Source: a virus | Reading direction: 5' to 3' (one strand) | DNA: 46,646 nt | IMG/VR virus record: IMGVR_UViG_3300017446_000004 | Coordinates: 1 to 46,646 of that record | Shown: one piece after another, positions 37,300-46,073 of the stretch | Layout: the number at the start of each line of letters is the position of its first letter | Position numbering within the stretch: position 1 is the first letter of the stretch | Translations under genes and position numbers: made by a program | Notes under the pieces: generated by a model | Database searches by the model: none | What the model was told of the DNA's origin: nothing | Seen by the model: only the letters and a program-made list of their open reading frames with translations

Positions 37300-38100
37300 A
37301 TGGCCGAATTTCCCGCCCTCCCGCTCTGGACCGACGCCTATCTCGGCGACACGACGCATTTGGACGCGACCGAACACGGCGCGTATCTCCTGCTCCTTAT
37401 CGTGTCATGGCGCACGACCGACACGTCGCTCCCGGATGACGACGCATTGCTCGCCAAATATGCCCGCTGCACCCCGAAAGTATGGCGGCGCGTCCGCCCG
37501 GTTCTCGAGCCGTTTTTCGAGCGCGATGGAAAAAAATGGATACAGTTGAGACTCCGCGGAGAGAAGCAATATGTTTCCGCGCGTCGTGACAGTGCGGCAG
37601 CGAATGGGCGAGCTAGTGCATTGAAAAGAAAGGAACGACACGCAACGAAGCGACCAACGGAGCGTGAACAAAGCGACCAACAAACCGTCAACGAAACGCC
37701 GACTCCCACACCCACACCCACACCCAGTAGTAATATTGATGTTCCACCAATATTACCGCGCAAGCGCTCAAAGCCTGAATTGGCCATGCCCGAGGGGGTC
37801 GAAAAATCGGTTTGGGATGACGTGAACGAACTGCGGAAAAAGAAGGGCGCGCCGTTCACGCAAACCGCGCTCAACGCGATCGAGCGGGAGGCCAAGGCGG
37901 CAGGGTGGACGCTCAACAACGCATTGGCCGAAATGTGCAATCGCGGATGGCAGGGCTTCAAAGCCGATTGGGTACAGGACCGAGGAGGAAACAATGGACA
38001 GCGCAGGAACGGCAATGGCTCGGGTGGTGGATCAGGCAACGGGTTCCGGGACGCGATCAGAGAGGCGGGAGATTTCTTCGGCACAGACGACCCGTATTGA
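37300..38100 (+). CDS. DUF1376 (YdaU-like) replication-associated protein
   Basis: FPALPLWTDAYLGDTTHLDATEHGAYLLLLIVSWR is the DUF1376 signature. It has a TPTPTPTPTP linker and a Gly/Asn-rich tail. Confidence 0.75.
   Translation: MAEFPALPLWTDAYLGDTTHLDATEHGAYLLLLIVSWRTTDTSLPDDDALLAKYARCTPKVWRRVRPVLEPFFERDGKKWIQLRLRGEKQYVSARRDSAAANGRASALKRKERHATKRPTEREQSDQQTVNETPTPTPTPTPSSNIDVPPILPRKRSKPELAMPEGVEKSVWDDVNELRKKKGAPFTQTALNAIEREAKAAGWTLNNALAEMCNRGWQGFKADWVQDRGGNNGQRRNGNGSGGGSGNGFRDAIREAGDFFGTDDPY
37649..37755. other. Candidate replication origin patch inside the DUF1376 gene
   Basis: Direct repeats AGCGACCAAC at 37649 and 37672, a cacaccc x3 microsatellite, and an AT-only inverted repeat taatattg / caatatta (37731-37755), all in a locally AT-richer stretch. 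Confidence 0.35.
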
Positions 38101-38557
38101 GCCGAACGCGAACGGTCGTTACGTCGTCAACCGCATCGAATATCTTGAGGCGACGCTCCCGACGCGTTCCACCGATCGCAAAGCCGGACAGCAGCGCACC
38201 GCGGTCTATATCAAGTTCCTGTCGGGATACTCCCGCGATGCCCTCACATGGATGACGGACGAGGTGTTTAAGCGACACGATTGGTTCCCGACCGTGCGGC
38301 AGTGCTTGGAGATCCTGGGCGAGTATGTCGAGCCGGTCGAGCATCGCGACGACACCCTGATCGAGGCCCAATCGCGACAGGCCGCATTCGAGACGTGGTT
38401 CGCCAATATCTCCGATGGCCAGCCGATCGGCGACGTTGAGGACCGATGGATCAGGATTGCGATCGAGCGCGGCCCGATCCGCAGGCTTGAGGACGGTTCG
38501 CTCGTTCTCCGCGCGCTCTACCAGGGCCCGCGCCTCCCGGCTCCGGTCAAGCTATGA
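37994..38557 (+). CDS. Hypothetical protein of about 180 aa (start uncertain: ATG 37994 or 38015; overlaps the upstream gene)
   Basis: Clean ORF from about 38100 onward. There is no ATG/GTG near the upstream stop, so the 5' end is unresolved. Confidence 0.55.
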   Translation: MDSAGTAMARVVDQATGSGTRSERREISSAQTTRIEPNANGRYVVNRIEYLEATLPTRSTDRKAGQQRTAVYIKFLSGYSRDALTWMTDEVFKRHDWFPTVRQCLEILGEYVEPVEHRDDTLIEAQSRQAAFETWFANISDGQPIGDVEDRWIRIAIERGPIRRLEDGSLVLRALYQGPRLPAPVKL

Positions 38558-38706
38558 GCGTCGGCCGCGAAATGCTCGAGGACCACGTTGCCTCCCTCAA
38601 CCGTCACGATTGGGTCATTGCATCGGGCAATCCCTACATCGTGATTACACCACGCGGCCAACCCGCTAAGATCGCCCGACGCGACGACATGAAGGCGGAT
38701 AAGTGA
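38554..38706 (+). CDS. 50-aa hypothetical protein (MSVGREMLEDHVASLNRHDWVIASGNPYIVITPRGQ...)
   Basis: ATGA overlap upstream and GTGA overlap downstream. Translated by hand. Confidence 0.55.
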   Translation: MSVGREMLEDHVASLNRHDWVIASGNPYIVITPRGQPAKIARRDDMKADK

Positions 38707-39068
38707 ACCTGATTGAGGACAAGATCGGCGAGGAACACGCCCGCGCGCTCTCTGCTCTGGTCGGGGGCACACAGATCACCGTGCCCGACAATCTCACCGC
38801 ATCCGTGTTCAACTCGGGACGCCTGCGCGAGCGGATTGGCGATGGATTGTTCGCCTTGCTGGTCTTCCACTTCGGCGGCACTCGCCTCTACGTGCCGCAG
38901 CTTGCCCAGGATCGCCGCACTGGACAGGAGCGGGTTGATCCCAAGGCGGTTGAGCGTCTGACCCGGCGCGGGTGGTCTGCGGCGCGCATTGCCCGCAAGC
39001 TCGGCTGTTCGACCCGGACGGTTTACAAGCGTCGCGCGCAAACCTCTTGCAATGCTGGCGCTACCTGA
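38703..39068 (+). CDS. Mor/C-family-like transcriptional activator
   Basis: FHFGGTRLYVPQL plus the C-terminal HTH GWSAARIARKLGCSTRTVYKRR parallel Mu Mor (HLGGGQVYIPRG ... VYKAIRR). Confidence 0.55.
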   Translation: MNLIEDKIGEEHARALSALVGGTQITVPDNLTASVFNSGRLRERIGDGLFALLVFHFGGTRLYVPQLAQDRRTGQERVDPKAVERLTRRGWSAARIARKLGCSTRTVYKRRAQTSCNAGAT

Positions 39069-39105
39069 TATTGCGGGCTCGGACCTCAACAGGAGAGTTG
39101 GACCC

Positions 39106-40044
39106 GTGAACGACAAAGCAACAGAAACCATCAAGGCCGCTGCGGCGAACATTGGCCGGGCCTTCCAAGCCCTCGGCAAGGATTTTGACGCCGAGCGGAT
39201 CGAAGCCGGCGACATTCGCAAGGCGCAGTTTTCACCCGCTTATCACGCCGCCCCCTCGATAATGCTGACCGATGAGGTCATCGGGTTTGAGTGCGACCAC
39301 TGCCACCGCTTCAACGAGGTGGATAAGCTTGACGACGCCTTCCTTGTGGCGCTGGAAGCTCGATTCGGGAAAAGCGGCACCATTCCGCCCGAAACCGCGC
39401 CGGATGCGCCTGACGGCCCGGAAATCCCGAGTCGTTCGGCGATTAGCGACGAAGACCGCGCCTCGATCCGCAAGATCAGCGACAAGTTGTTCGGTTCTGG
39501 CCCTTTTACCGCGTTCGAGCAGATGGTTGCGGATGGCGTGCGAGAATGCGAGCGCATTCGCGAACTGACGGCCGACCGAGACGCCGAGCGCGACCGCGCC
39601 AAGGGCCTCGCGACCTTGCTTGAGCGCGCGCAGGATCGATACGACGAAAGCCGCGAGTTGCTGGCGCAGGCCGGGATCAAGCTGGTCGAGCGCGAAAAGG
39701 AGATCGACGGGCTGCTCGCGCAGATCGCGACCGCCGACGACCACGGCGAACAGTTCCACGATCGCATTACCTCCTTGACCGCCAAGGTCGCCGAGCGCGA
39801 TGCGATCATCAAGGCGCGCGATGGCACGATCGAGGGAATGCACGGCGTGGTTATGGATCGTGACCGCGATCTCGCGAGCCTACAAGATCGGCTTGCCGCG
39901 CGCGACGCACAGATCGAGCGGATGCATTCCCACGCGCTTGATCGAAGCAACGACATTGGGCACCTCACAAGCCGCATTGAAGCGCGCGATCGCCTGCTCG
40001 ACCGCATCCTCGAACTGGTCATTGACGCGAAGGGCGGCAAGTGA
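39106..40044 (+). CDS. 312-aa coiled-coil protein (alternative start ATG 39052)
   Basis: SD aggaga lies 9 nt before the GTG at 39106. Repeated RD-rich heptads: AERDAIIKARDGTIEGM, RDRDLASLQDRLAARDAQIERM, IEARDRLLDRI. Confidence 0.65.
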   Translation: MNDKATETIKAAAANIGRAFQALGKDFDAERIEAGDIRKAQFSPAYHAAPSIMLTDEVIGFECDHCHRFNEVDKLDDAFLVALEARFGKSGTIPPETAPDAPDGPEIPSRSAISDEDRASIRKISDKLFGSGPFTAFEQMVADGVRECERIRELTADRDAERDRAKGLATLLERAQDRYDESRELLAQAGIKLVEREKEIDGLLAQIATADDHGEQFHDRITSLTAKVAERDAIIKARDGTIEGMHGVVMDRDRDLASLQDRLAARDAQIERMHSHALDRSNDIGHLTSRIEARDRLLDRILELVIDAKGGK

Positions 40045-40397
40045 GCGCGCCGGGCACAACGCCGGGCCCTTGGGAAGTGCAAACCCCGATGGGCGATAAC
40101 GCGCCGTGGATCGTACGCGCCGGCCTACAGTCTTACGAATGGGAGCCGATCGCCACGCTCGGCGACGAGTTCGTCACCAACACCGCGCAAAAGCGGATCA
40201 TGGCCGACGCCAACCTGATGGGCGCGAGCCAAGCGCTTTACGACGCGCTGGCGGCAGAGTTGGCCGACCTAATGATCGATCGCAGTTGGGCGGAAACGTC
40301 CGATCTCGACCGCTTGATACAACGTTGCGAGCGCATAGAACGCGCGCTCGCCCAGGCCTCGCCCAGGCCAAAGGGGAAACCGTATGAGCAACGATAG
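40041..40397 (+). CDS. 118-aa hypothetical protein
   Basis: GTGA coupling, high GC3. Confidence 0.65.
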   Translation: MSAPGTTPGPWEVQTPMGDNAPWIVRAGLQSYEWEPIATLGDEFVTNTAQKRIMADANLMGASQALYDALAAELADLMIDRSWAETSDLDRLIQRCERIERALAQASPRPKGKPYEQR

Positions 40398-40728
40398 CAC
40401 CACCCGCTGCGGACGCTGCGGCACGATCGACGGTTGCGTTTGCGTTGATAGCGGCGCGTGGCAGGACGAGGCGTTGCGACGGACGAGGGTCAAGCCCGAA
40501 AACCAGCCCGCCTTCCCCGAGGTCCCCGCGGACTGCAACGGCTATGAGGGCCGCGCCGGCATGACGCTGCGCGACCACTTCGCCGGGAAGGCGCTCCCGC
40601 AGACCATTGCCGCGGTGTTTGAAATCCACCCCAACGGCTCAGGAACAAAGGATTTTGCCGAGACGTGCGCGACGCTGGCCTACCAGATGGCCGACGCGAT
40701 GCTCGCCGCGCGCGAGGTTAAGCCGTGA
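40384..40728 (+). CDS. 114-aa Cys-rich hypothetical protein
   Basis: N-terminal CGRCGTIDGCVCV. It overlaps the previous gene's end. Confidence 0.6.
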   Translation: MSNDSTTRCGRCGTIDGCVCVDSGAWQDEALRRTRVKPENQPAFPEVPADCNGYEGRAGMTLRDHFAGKALPQTIAAVFEIHPNGSGTKDFAETCATLAYQMADAMLAAREVKP

Positions 40729-40817
40729 CGGTCTGGGATATCATCCTCGTTGCGCTCGTCTCATCGGCGATCCGCGGCACGTTTATCGCAATCAACAAAT
40801 GGAGGGCGCGCAAATGA
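40725..40817 (+). CDS. 30-aa membrane micro-protein (VTVWDIILVALVSSAIRGTFIAINKWRARK)
   Basis: GTGA overlap upstream and ATGA overlap downstream. Translated by hand. Confidence 0.45.
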   Translation: MTVWDIILVALVSSAIRGTFIAINKWRARK

Positions 40818-41209
40818 GCGACCTGATCAAACGGATCGCCGCCGCGCCGAGCGGGTCGCGCGACCTCAACGCCGATATCTATGCCGCCCTCGGGTATGAG
40901 GTCCTCCGCACCCCTCGCAAGCCCCGCGGACTCGCATGGTGCTATCGCGGGACCGGGCCGCTCGGCGTCGCCGGCCGCTGGCGGGGGCAACTCGATCTGA
41001 CCACCTCGACCAACGCAGCAATGAGGCTGATCCCGGAGGGGTGGCCAGAGGTGGCGATCGTGTCGGACAACTCATGTTGGCGCGTGGACTTGGGCAAGCC
41101 AACGACGGACGGTTGCTATTACGACGAGGCCGACATGGCGATGTCGTATGGAGCAACGCCCGAGTTGGCGATATGCGGCGCGGCTTTGAAAGCACGGGGG
41201 CACCAATGA
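40814..41209 (+). CDS. 131-aa hypothetical protein
   Basis: SD ggaggg precedes the ATG at 40814. In-frame tail of track ORF 40607..41209. Confidence 0.65.
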   Translation: MSDLIKRIAAAPSGSRDLNADIYAALGYEVLRTPRKPRGLAWCYRGTGPLGVAGRWRGQLDLTTSTNAAMRLIPEGWPEVAIVSDNSCWRVDLGKPTTDGCYYDEADMAMSYGATPELAICGAALKARGHQ

Positions 41210-41457
41210 GCGAAATGGGCGAAATGTACCGCGACCTCAAGGATTGGCAGAAGGCCCGCCGCCGCATCTGGGGCGAACCCTGCGCCAAGTGCCGCGAGGA
41301 ACAGCCGCGGCGACAGCCGACCATCCTTGAGCCCGGCCGTTTCTGCAAAGTGCATCGGCCGTGGCATCGCGACCCCAGGCCGCACCCGACCGAGGAAGAA
41401 TTTGCCGAGCGCATGGCCGCGAACGGCTGGAACGCCCACAAATCGGAGGAAAGCTAA
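41206..41457 (+). CDS. 83-aa hypothetical protein with a CxxC...CxxH motif
   Basis: ATGA overlap. CAKCREEQ...FCKVH. Confidence 0.6.
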   Translation: MSEMGEMYRDLKDWQKARRRIWGEPCAKCREEQPRRQPTILEPGRFCKVHRPWHRDPRPHPTEEEFAERMAANGWNAHKSEES

Positions 41458-42017
41458 TGCCCATTCACCCCGTCATCGTCATGATCGGAACCGCAACGTT
41501 CTCCTGCTATGCTACGGTCAAGGCCCCGCCGATCTACCACGCCGCGAAAACGTGGATCGCCAAGCCCGCGCCTCGGTCGGGCGATCACGCGAAGCACAAC
41601 CGCCAGCATCACGCCAAGCCCGCCGCGGTCGTTCCGGTCTGCCCTCCATCGGGGATCACGACGCTCAACCGCACGCTGCCCACGGCCGACCCGCTCGCGA
41701 TGATGGATGACGACGTGGAGGAAGCCGACCGACCGTCGCGATCGTATAGCCTTGCCCCGCCCGCGTTCGTCCCGCGCTCGAGCTATGAGATCACCCGGCC
41801 GGATCTGTTCGCGCCATACGTGCCGCAGCCGGTCGCGCCTGGGGTTGGTCTGATAATCCGGCCGACCCCCACGCCGACGACCGAGCCCGAGGCGGGAAAT
41901 CCCGCAACGCCCCTGCCCGAGCCCGAAACGTGGGCGCTGATGCTCGCGGGGTTCGCGCTGGTCGGCGCTGTAGCCCGCCACCGCGCGCAACGCTCTTGCA
42001 CGGTACCCGCAATGTGA
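41457..42017 (+). CDS. Exported protein with a C-terminal PEP-CTERM (PEPxxWA-type) exosortase sorting signal
   Basis: SD ggagga and a TAATG junction. The C-terminus PLPEPETWALMLAGFALVGAVARHRAQR gives a PEP motif, a TM helix and a basic tail. The N-terminus VIVMIGTATFSCYA is hydrophobic. Confidence 0.65.
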   Translation: MPIHPVIVMIGTATFSCYATVKAPPIYHAAKTWIAKPAPRSGDHAKHNRQHHAKPAAVVPVCPPSGITTLNRTLPTADPLAMMDDDVEEADRPSRSYSLAPPAFVPRSSYEITRPDLFAPYVPQPVAPGVGLIIRPTPTPTTEPEAGNPATPLPEPETWALMLAGFALVGAVARHRAQRSCTVPAM

Positions 42018-42053
42018 TACAGCGCGGGGGTGCAACGCAATCAGGAGAGATTG

Positions 42054-42896
42054 ATGAACCGCGATGAACACAAGACCGCCCGCCCGCCGATCGCGCAGTT
42101 TGGCGATGCGATCGAGGTGAAGGGGGAAAGGCCGGGGTGGCTGCCGGATGATGTGTGGGATCAAGTCGAGGCGATCCTGTATTGCGGTGAGGTCCAGCGG
42201 TGCATTCCTGGTGCAACCAACCCCGTTATGTCGGATTGGGAATGGGGCGACATTGAGTCGATCAAGCTCCCCGTCCCGCGCTACGATTTCGTCTATCTCG
42301 CGCTGGAGCGGGGGATGGTGCCGTGGTTTGGCGGGGATGAAGCGCCGGTCGAGGCCAAGCTAGTTGACGTTTTGTATAGAGACGGTCGAGTGGTGACTGG
42401 TTTGTGGGCGCACCGGCTGGATTGGTTCCACTACACGCAGCATTCAACCGATAACGCCATCATCGGCTACCACGCCACCTCGACCGCCCTCCCGCTCGCC
42501 CACCCCGCCGCAGTGAAATGGCGAGAGCGGTGGTATGGATCGGAGCCGCAGAAGGGTTCGGCAATTTTAGATGAGCGAGGCAATCTGATCGCGTATTTCG
42601 GTGGCGACGAGGTTACTCACACGGCCACAACCGCGACCGTTGCCGCACACAATGCAGCGCTCGCCCACCCCGCCGCGCCGCAGGGGGAGGAATGGGCAGC
42701 GGAAGTAGCAGCCAGAATTGTGCGCGATTTCCGGCCGGAAGGGTGGCCAGCGAAAGAGGCTGAGATAGCCCGCTATCTGTTGATGAGCCTCGCAGCCCTC
42801 GCCCCCGCGGCGATTGCTTCCGGACGGGAGGGGGCGTGCCAATGCCACATCAAAGCACCCTGCGGATGGTGCACAGCAGAATGGGAAGAGTCATGA
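42054..42896 (+). CDS. 280-aa hypothetical protein
   Basis: SD aggaga precedes the ATG at 42054. C-terminal CQCH...CGWC. Confidence 0.7.
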   Translation: MNRDEHKTARPPIAQFGDAIEVKGERPGWLPDDVWDQVEAILYCGEVQRCIPGATNPVMSDWEWGDIESIKLPVPRYDFVYLALERGMVPWFGGDEAPVEAKLVDVLYRDGRVVTGLWAHRLDWFHYTQHSTDNAIIGYHATSTALPLAHPAAVKWRERWYGSEPQKGSAILDERGNLIAYFGGDEVTHTATTATVAAHNAALAHPAAPQGEEWAAEVAARIVRDFRPEGWPAKEAEIARYLLMSLAALAPAAIASGREGACQCHIKAPCGWCTAEWEES

Positions 42897-43699
42897 TCAA
42901 CCACGCTAAAGCCGCGCCCTCAAAGGAATGGTGCATCAAGATGGCCGAACTCGAAGGCAACAGCGAAATCGGCGCAGGTTCGCCCGATCACCCTTTGCGG
43001 AACCCCGCCCCCGCCAAAGCCGCGCCGATGCGCGAGGATATGACGCCGGTGACTGACGCCGATCGTAAGGCGCTATCCGATGCGACAGAGTATTATTGGC
43101 AGCATAGTCGCGTCGAAGATACGTCGCAGGCCTCGATCGATCAAATCGTTACCGCGCACGCATTAGCTTGCGAGGGGGCGTCGGCAATCATCGCTCGCCA
43201 CCGCCTCGCCCACACCGCCCGCCCCGACGCCGGGGATGAGGTCGAACGGCTCGATCTCGCGCGGTTCGGCGCATCGGAACGCGCGGGCTACCTATACCCC
43301 GGCGAGGATCAGCAGAAGGAGCGCGCCGCTTTTTGTGAGGGGGCCGCACTCGCCGCCATGCGCGAGGGGGTGGACGCGGCCCGAGCCCGCGCGATCAAGG
43401 ATGCCGCCGCGGCCGTCGTCAATTTCCGCGTTGGCGATCTGCCAGGGAGCGGATGGCTCAAAGATAACGGGGCCTCGCGCGCCGCGCTTGCTCGCCTTGT
43501 CGCCGCGCTCAAGCGGCCTGCCGCCGAGGGGGTGGACCCCGATGCCGCAACCGGATGCGCCGACGATCAGGCGTTTGCGGCGGTCAGTGACGACGCATTG
43601 AGGGAGACGGTCGAGCGATTGAGCCGGCAACTCGACGTTTCCCCCGACAAGATCCGCGATGCGATCGCCAACCTCCGCGCAAAGGGCCTGATCGAATGA
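42893..43699 (+). CDS. 268-aa hypothetical protein
   Basis: ATGA coupling, high GC3. Confidence 0.7.
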   Translation: MINHAKAAPSKEWCIKMAELEGNSEIGAGSPDHPLRNPAPAKAAPMREDMTPVTDADRKALSDATEYYWQHSRVEDTSQASIDQIVTAHALACEGASAIIARHRLAHTARPDAGDEVERLDLARFGASERAGYLYPGEDQQKERAAFCEGAALAAMREGVDAARARAIKDAAAAVVNFRVGDLPGSGWLKDNGASRAALARLVAALKRPAAEGVDPDAATGCADDQAFAAVSDDALRETVERLSRQLDVSPDKIRDAIANLRAKGLIE

Positions 43700-43875
43700 G
43701 CCCGGCGCAGCAAGCCCGCCACATGTTCGCCGATGCCGTCCAGGCGCAGGGCCCCGCGTGGCGCAACGCCGCCGACTCGATCCGAGCCGGGAATTATGGC
43801 AATGCGTGGACGGTCGCCGCGATCGGCGCGATCGAGAAAGCACTCAGGACAGGCGCAGACGATGACGTTGAGTAA
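43696..43875 (+). CDS. 59-aa hypothetical protein
   Basis: ATGA coupling. Translated by hand (MSPAQQARHMFADAVQAQGPAWRN...). Confidence 0.5.
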   Translation: MSPAQQARHMFADAVQAQGPAWRNAADSIRAGNYGNAWTVAAIGAIEKALRTGADDDVE

Positions 43876-44485
43876 GGCGGCAGTGCAGAACCGAGGCGGG
43901 CGCGCGAACAACGTGCGTAAGCGCCGCCCTCGCGACGCGGATGGATGGCTCGCCACCGAAAAGGCGTTCGTGCTGCACTATCTCGGCGTCGCGAACCGCA
44001 ACGCGACCGAGGCGGCGGTCCTCGCCGGGTATGGCAGAGGCAACCGCGATAGCGCCAAAAAGCAGGGATGCGAGATCCTGCAGCGGCCGCACGTCATCGA
44101 ATACATTGATAAAATCACTCAGGAGCGGAACCAAAAGCTTCGCGTGACGGCCGACGACGTGCTCCGCGAGTTGATGATCCTCAAGGTGGACGCCGAGACG
44201 GAAAAGCGGACGCTCGGCGCGCTCAAGATGCGCCGCGAGATCCTCAAAGATATCGGCGATCATGTCGCGGTCGGCGCGTTCCGGCGCAACGTCGGATTGT
44301 CGGCACCGAACGGCGGGCCTATCGAGGTGGCCGACCTTGCGATGATGGCGGAACTTACCGACGATGAACTCGACCAGCTTGAGAAAGCCCGCGCAATCCT
44401 TGACCGGATCTCGCCCGCCAGCGCCGCGGGTTCCGACCGCGGCAGCGATTCGAGCGGAACGGGAGCGACGCCGCAAGGCGAATGA
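43862..44485 (+). CDS. Terminase small subunit
   Basis: EKAFVLHYLGVANRNATEAAVLAGYGRGNRDSAKKQGCEILQRPHVIEYI matches the small terminase HTH region. It lies directly upstream of the large subunit. Confidence 0.8.
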   Translation: MTLSKAAVQNRGGRANNVRKRRPRDADGWLATEKAFVLHYLGVANRNATEAAVLAGYGRGNRDSAKKQGCEILQRPHVIEYIDKITQERNQKLRVTADDVLRELMILKVDAETEKRTLGALKMRREILKDIGDHVAVGAFRRNVGLSAPNGGPIEVADLAMMAELTDDELDQLEKARAILDRISPASAAGSDRGSDSSGTGATPQGE

Positions 44486-46073
44486 GCAGGCGCAGCTTGC
44501 GCGCGACGCCGAGGTCATCCGCGCGCGCTGTTCCACGCTGGTCGGGTTCGTTCAAGAGGCGTGGCCGATCCTCGAGCCCGAAACGCCGTTCGTGCTCAAC
44601 TGGCATATCGTCGCCATCTGCCAGCACCTCGAGGCCGTCACGCGCGGGGATATCACTCGCCTGCTTGTGAACGTGCCGCCCGGCTCGTCCAAATCGATGA
44701 TCGTCTCGGTTCTCTGGCCCGCCTGGGAATGGGGGCCGTGCGGTCGGCCGTCGCTGCGCTACCTGACCACCTCGTTCAACGATGCTGCCGTGTCGCGCGA
44801 CACGATCAAATCCCGCGATTTGATGCTCTCCGATTGGTACAAGGCCCTTTGGCCCGAGGTCGTGCTCACGCGCACGGGCGAAAAGCGCCTCGGTAACACC
44901 GCAACCGGCGCGCGCGTTGCGGTCGCGTTCGGATCGTTGACCGGGCAGCGCGGCGACCGCTTCATTGTTGACGATCCGCATTCGACCGAGGGGGCCGAAA
45001 GCGAGGCCGACCGAATGCGCGCGTCCAGGCGGTTTATCGAGGGCGGCACCAACCGCTTGAACGATCAGACACGATCGGCGCTGATCGTCATCATGCAGCG
45101 CTTGCACGCCGACGATATCAGCGGGCAGATCCTCAAGCGCAAAATGCCTTACGTGCATCTGTTGATCCCGATGGAGTTCGAGGTCGAGCGGCGCACCACC
45201 ACCTCAATCGGGTGGACCGATCCGCGCACCCGCGACGGCGAGCTATTGGACCCCAAGCGATTCCCGCGCGCGGCCGTGACCGAACTGCAGGGCATGGGGT
45301 CGTTTGCCTATGCCGGGCAGTATCAGCAGCGCCCGACCGCGCGCGAAGGCGGCATGTTCAAGCGGCATTGGTTCGCCGGCAAGATCATCGACGCGAGCAC
45401 CGCCCCAAAAACCGGGTTGACGTGGTGCAGGGCGTGGGATTTCGCCGCGACTCGGGAGAAGCCCGGCAAGTCGCCGGATTGGTCGGTCGGTCTTCTGATG
45501 GCGCGGCAGGGCCGGGATTATTACGTGTTCGGTATCAAGCGGATGCGCGAAACAGCCGGCGTGGTGCAGCGCACGGTTCGCGACATGGCCGAAATCGACC
45601 CCGTGGGCACCACCATTCGTATCCCGCAAGATCCGTCGCAGGCTGGCGTTGCCCAGGTCGAAAGCTATGTCGCGGCCATGTCGGGCTTTCCGCTCAAGCC
45701 GCAATTGACATCGGGCCGCGGCGACAAGGCGGCGCGCGCGCAGCCGGTCGGCATTCAAGCCGAGTTCGGGCATATCTACCTCGTCAACAGCGGCCCGCCT
45801 GACGAATACATAGACGATTGGATTGAGACGTTCCTAGACGAGGTTTGCACGTTCCCGGCCGGGACGCACGACGACCAAGTTGACGCCTTCGCCGACGCCT
45901 TCAACGAGTTGGCGCTCGGCGAGGATACGCCCTTTTACAGCGCCAGCGCGGGCCGACGCGAAAGCCTCGCCGTTGTGGAACGTGACACGGGCTCGGACTT
46001 TGGCGATAATGGCGACAACGACGGGGGCGATGTTGGCTCGCTGTTCTCACGCTCGCAAGGACTCGCTTTCTGA
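44364..46073 (+). CDS. Terminase large subunit (5' end uncertain: ATG 44364 overlaps terS; TTG near 44397 is an alternative)
   Basis: Walker A VNVPPGSSKSM and Walker B DRFIVDDP. The C-terminal nuclease-type THDDQVDAFADAF is present. The stop overlaps the portal start (ATGA-type junction at 46071-46075). Confidence 0.9.
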   Translation: MNSTSLRKPAQSLTGSRPPAPRVPTAAAIRAERERRRKANEQAQLARDAEVIRARCSTLVGFVQEAWPILEPETPFVLNWHIVAICQHLEAVTRGDITRLLVNVPPGSSKSMIVSVLWPAWEWGPCGRPSLRYLTTSFNDAAVSRDTIKSRDLMLSDWYKALWPEVVLTRTGEKRLGNTATGARVAVAFGSLTGQRGDRFIVDDPHSTEGAESEADRMRASRRFIEGGTNRLNDQTRSALIVIMQRLHADDISGQILKRKMPYVHLLIPMEFEVERRTTTSIGWTDPRTRDGELLDPKRFPRAAVTELQGMGSFAYAGQYQQRPTAREGGMFKRHWFAGKIIDASTAPKTGLTWCRAWDFAATREKPGKSPDWSVGLLMARQGRDYYVFGIKRMRETAGVVQRTVRDMAEIDPVGTTIRIPQDPSQAGVAQVESYVAAMSGFPLKPQLTSGRGDKAARAQPVGIQAEFGHIYLVNSGPPDEYIDDWIETFLDEVCTFPAGTHDDQVDAFADAFNELALGEDTPFYSASAGRRESLAVVERDTGSDFGDNGDNDGGDVGSLFSRSQGLAF

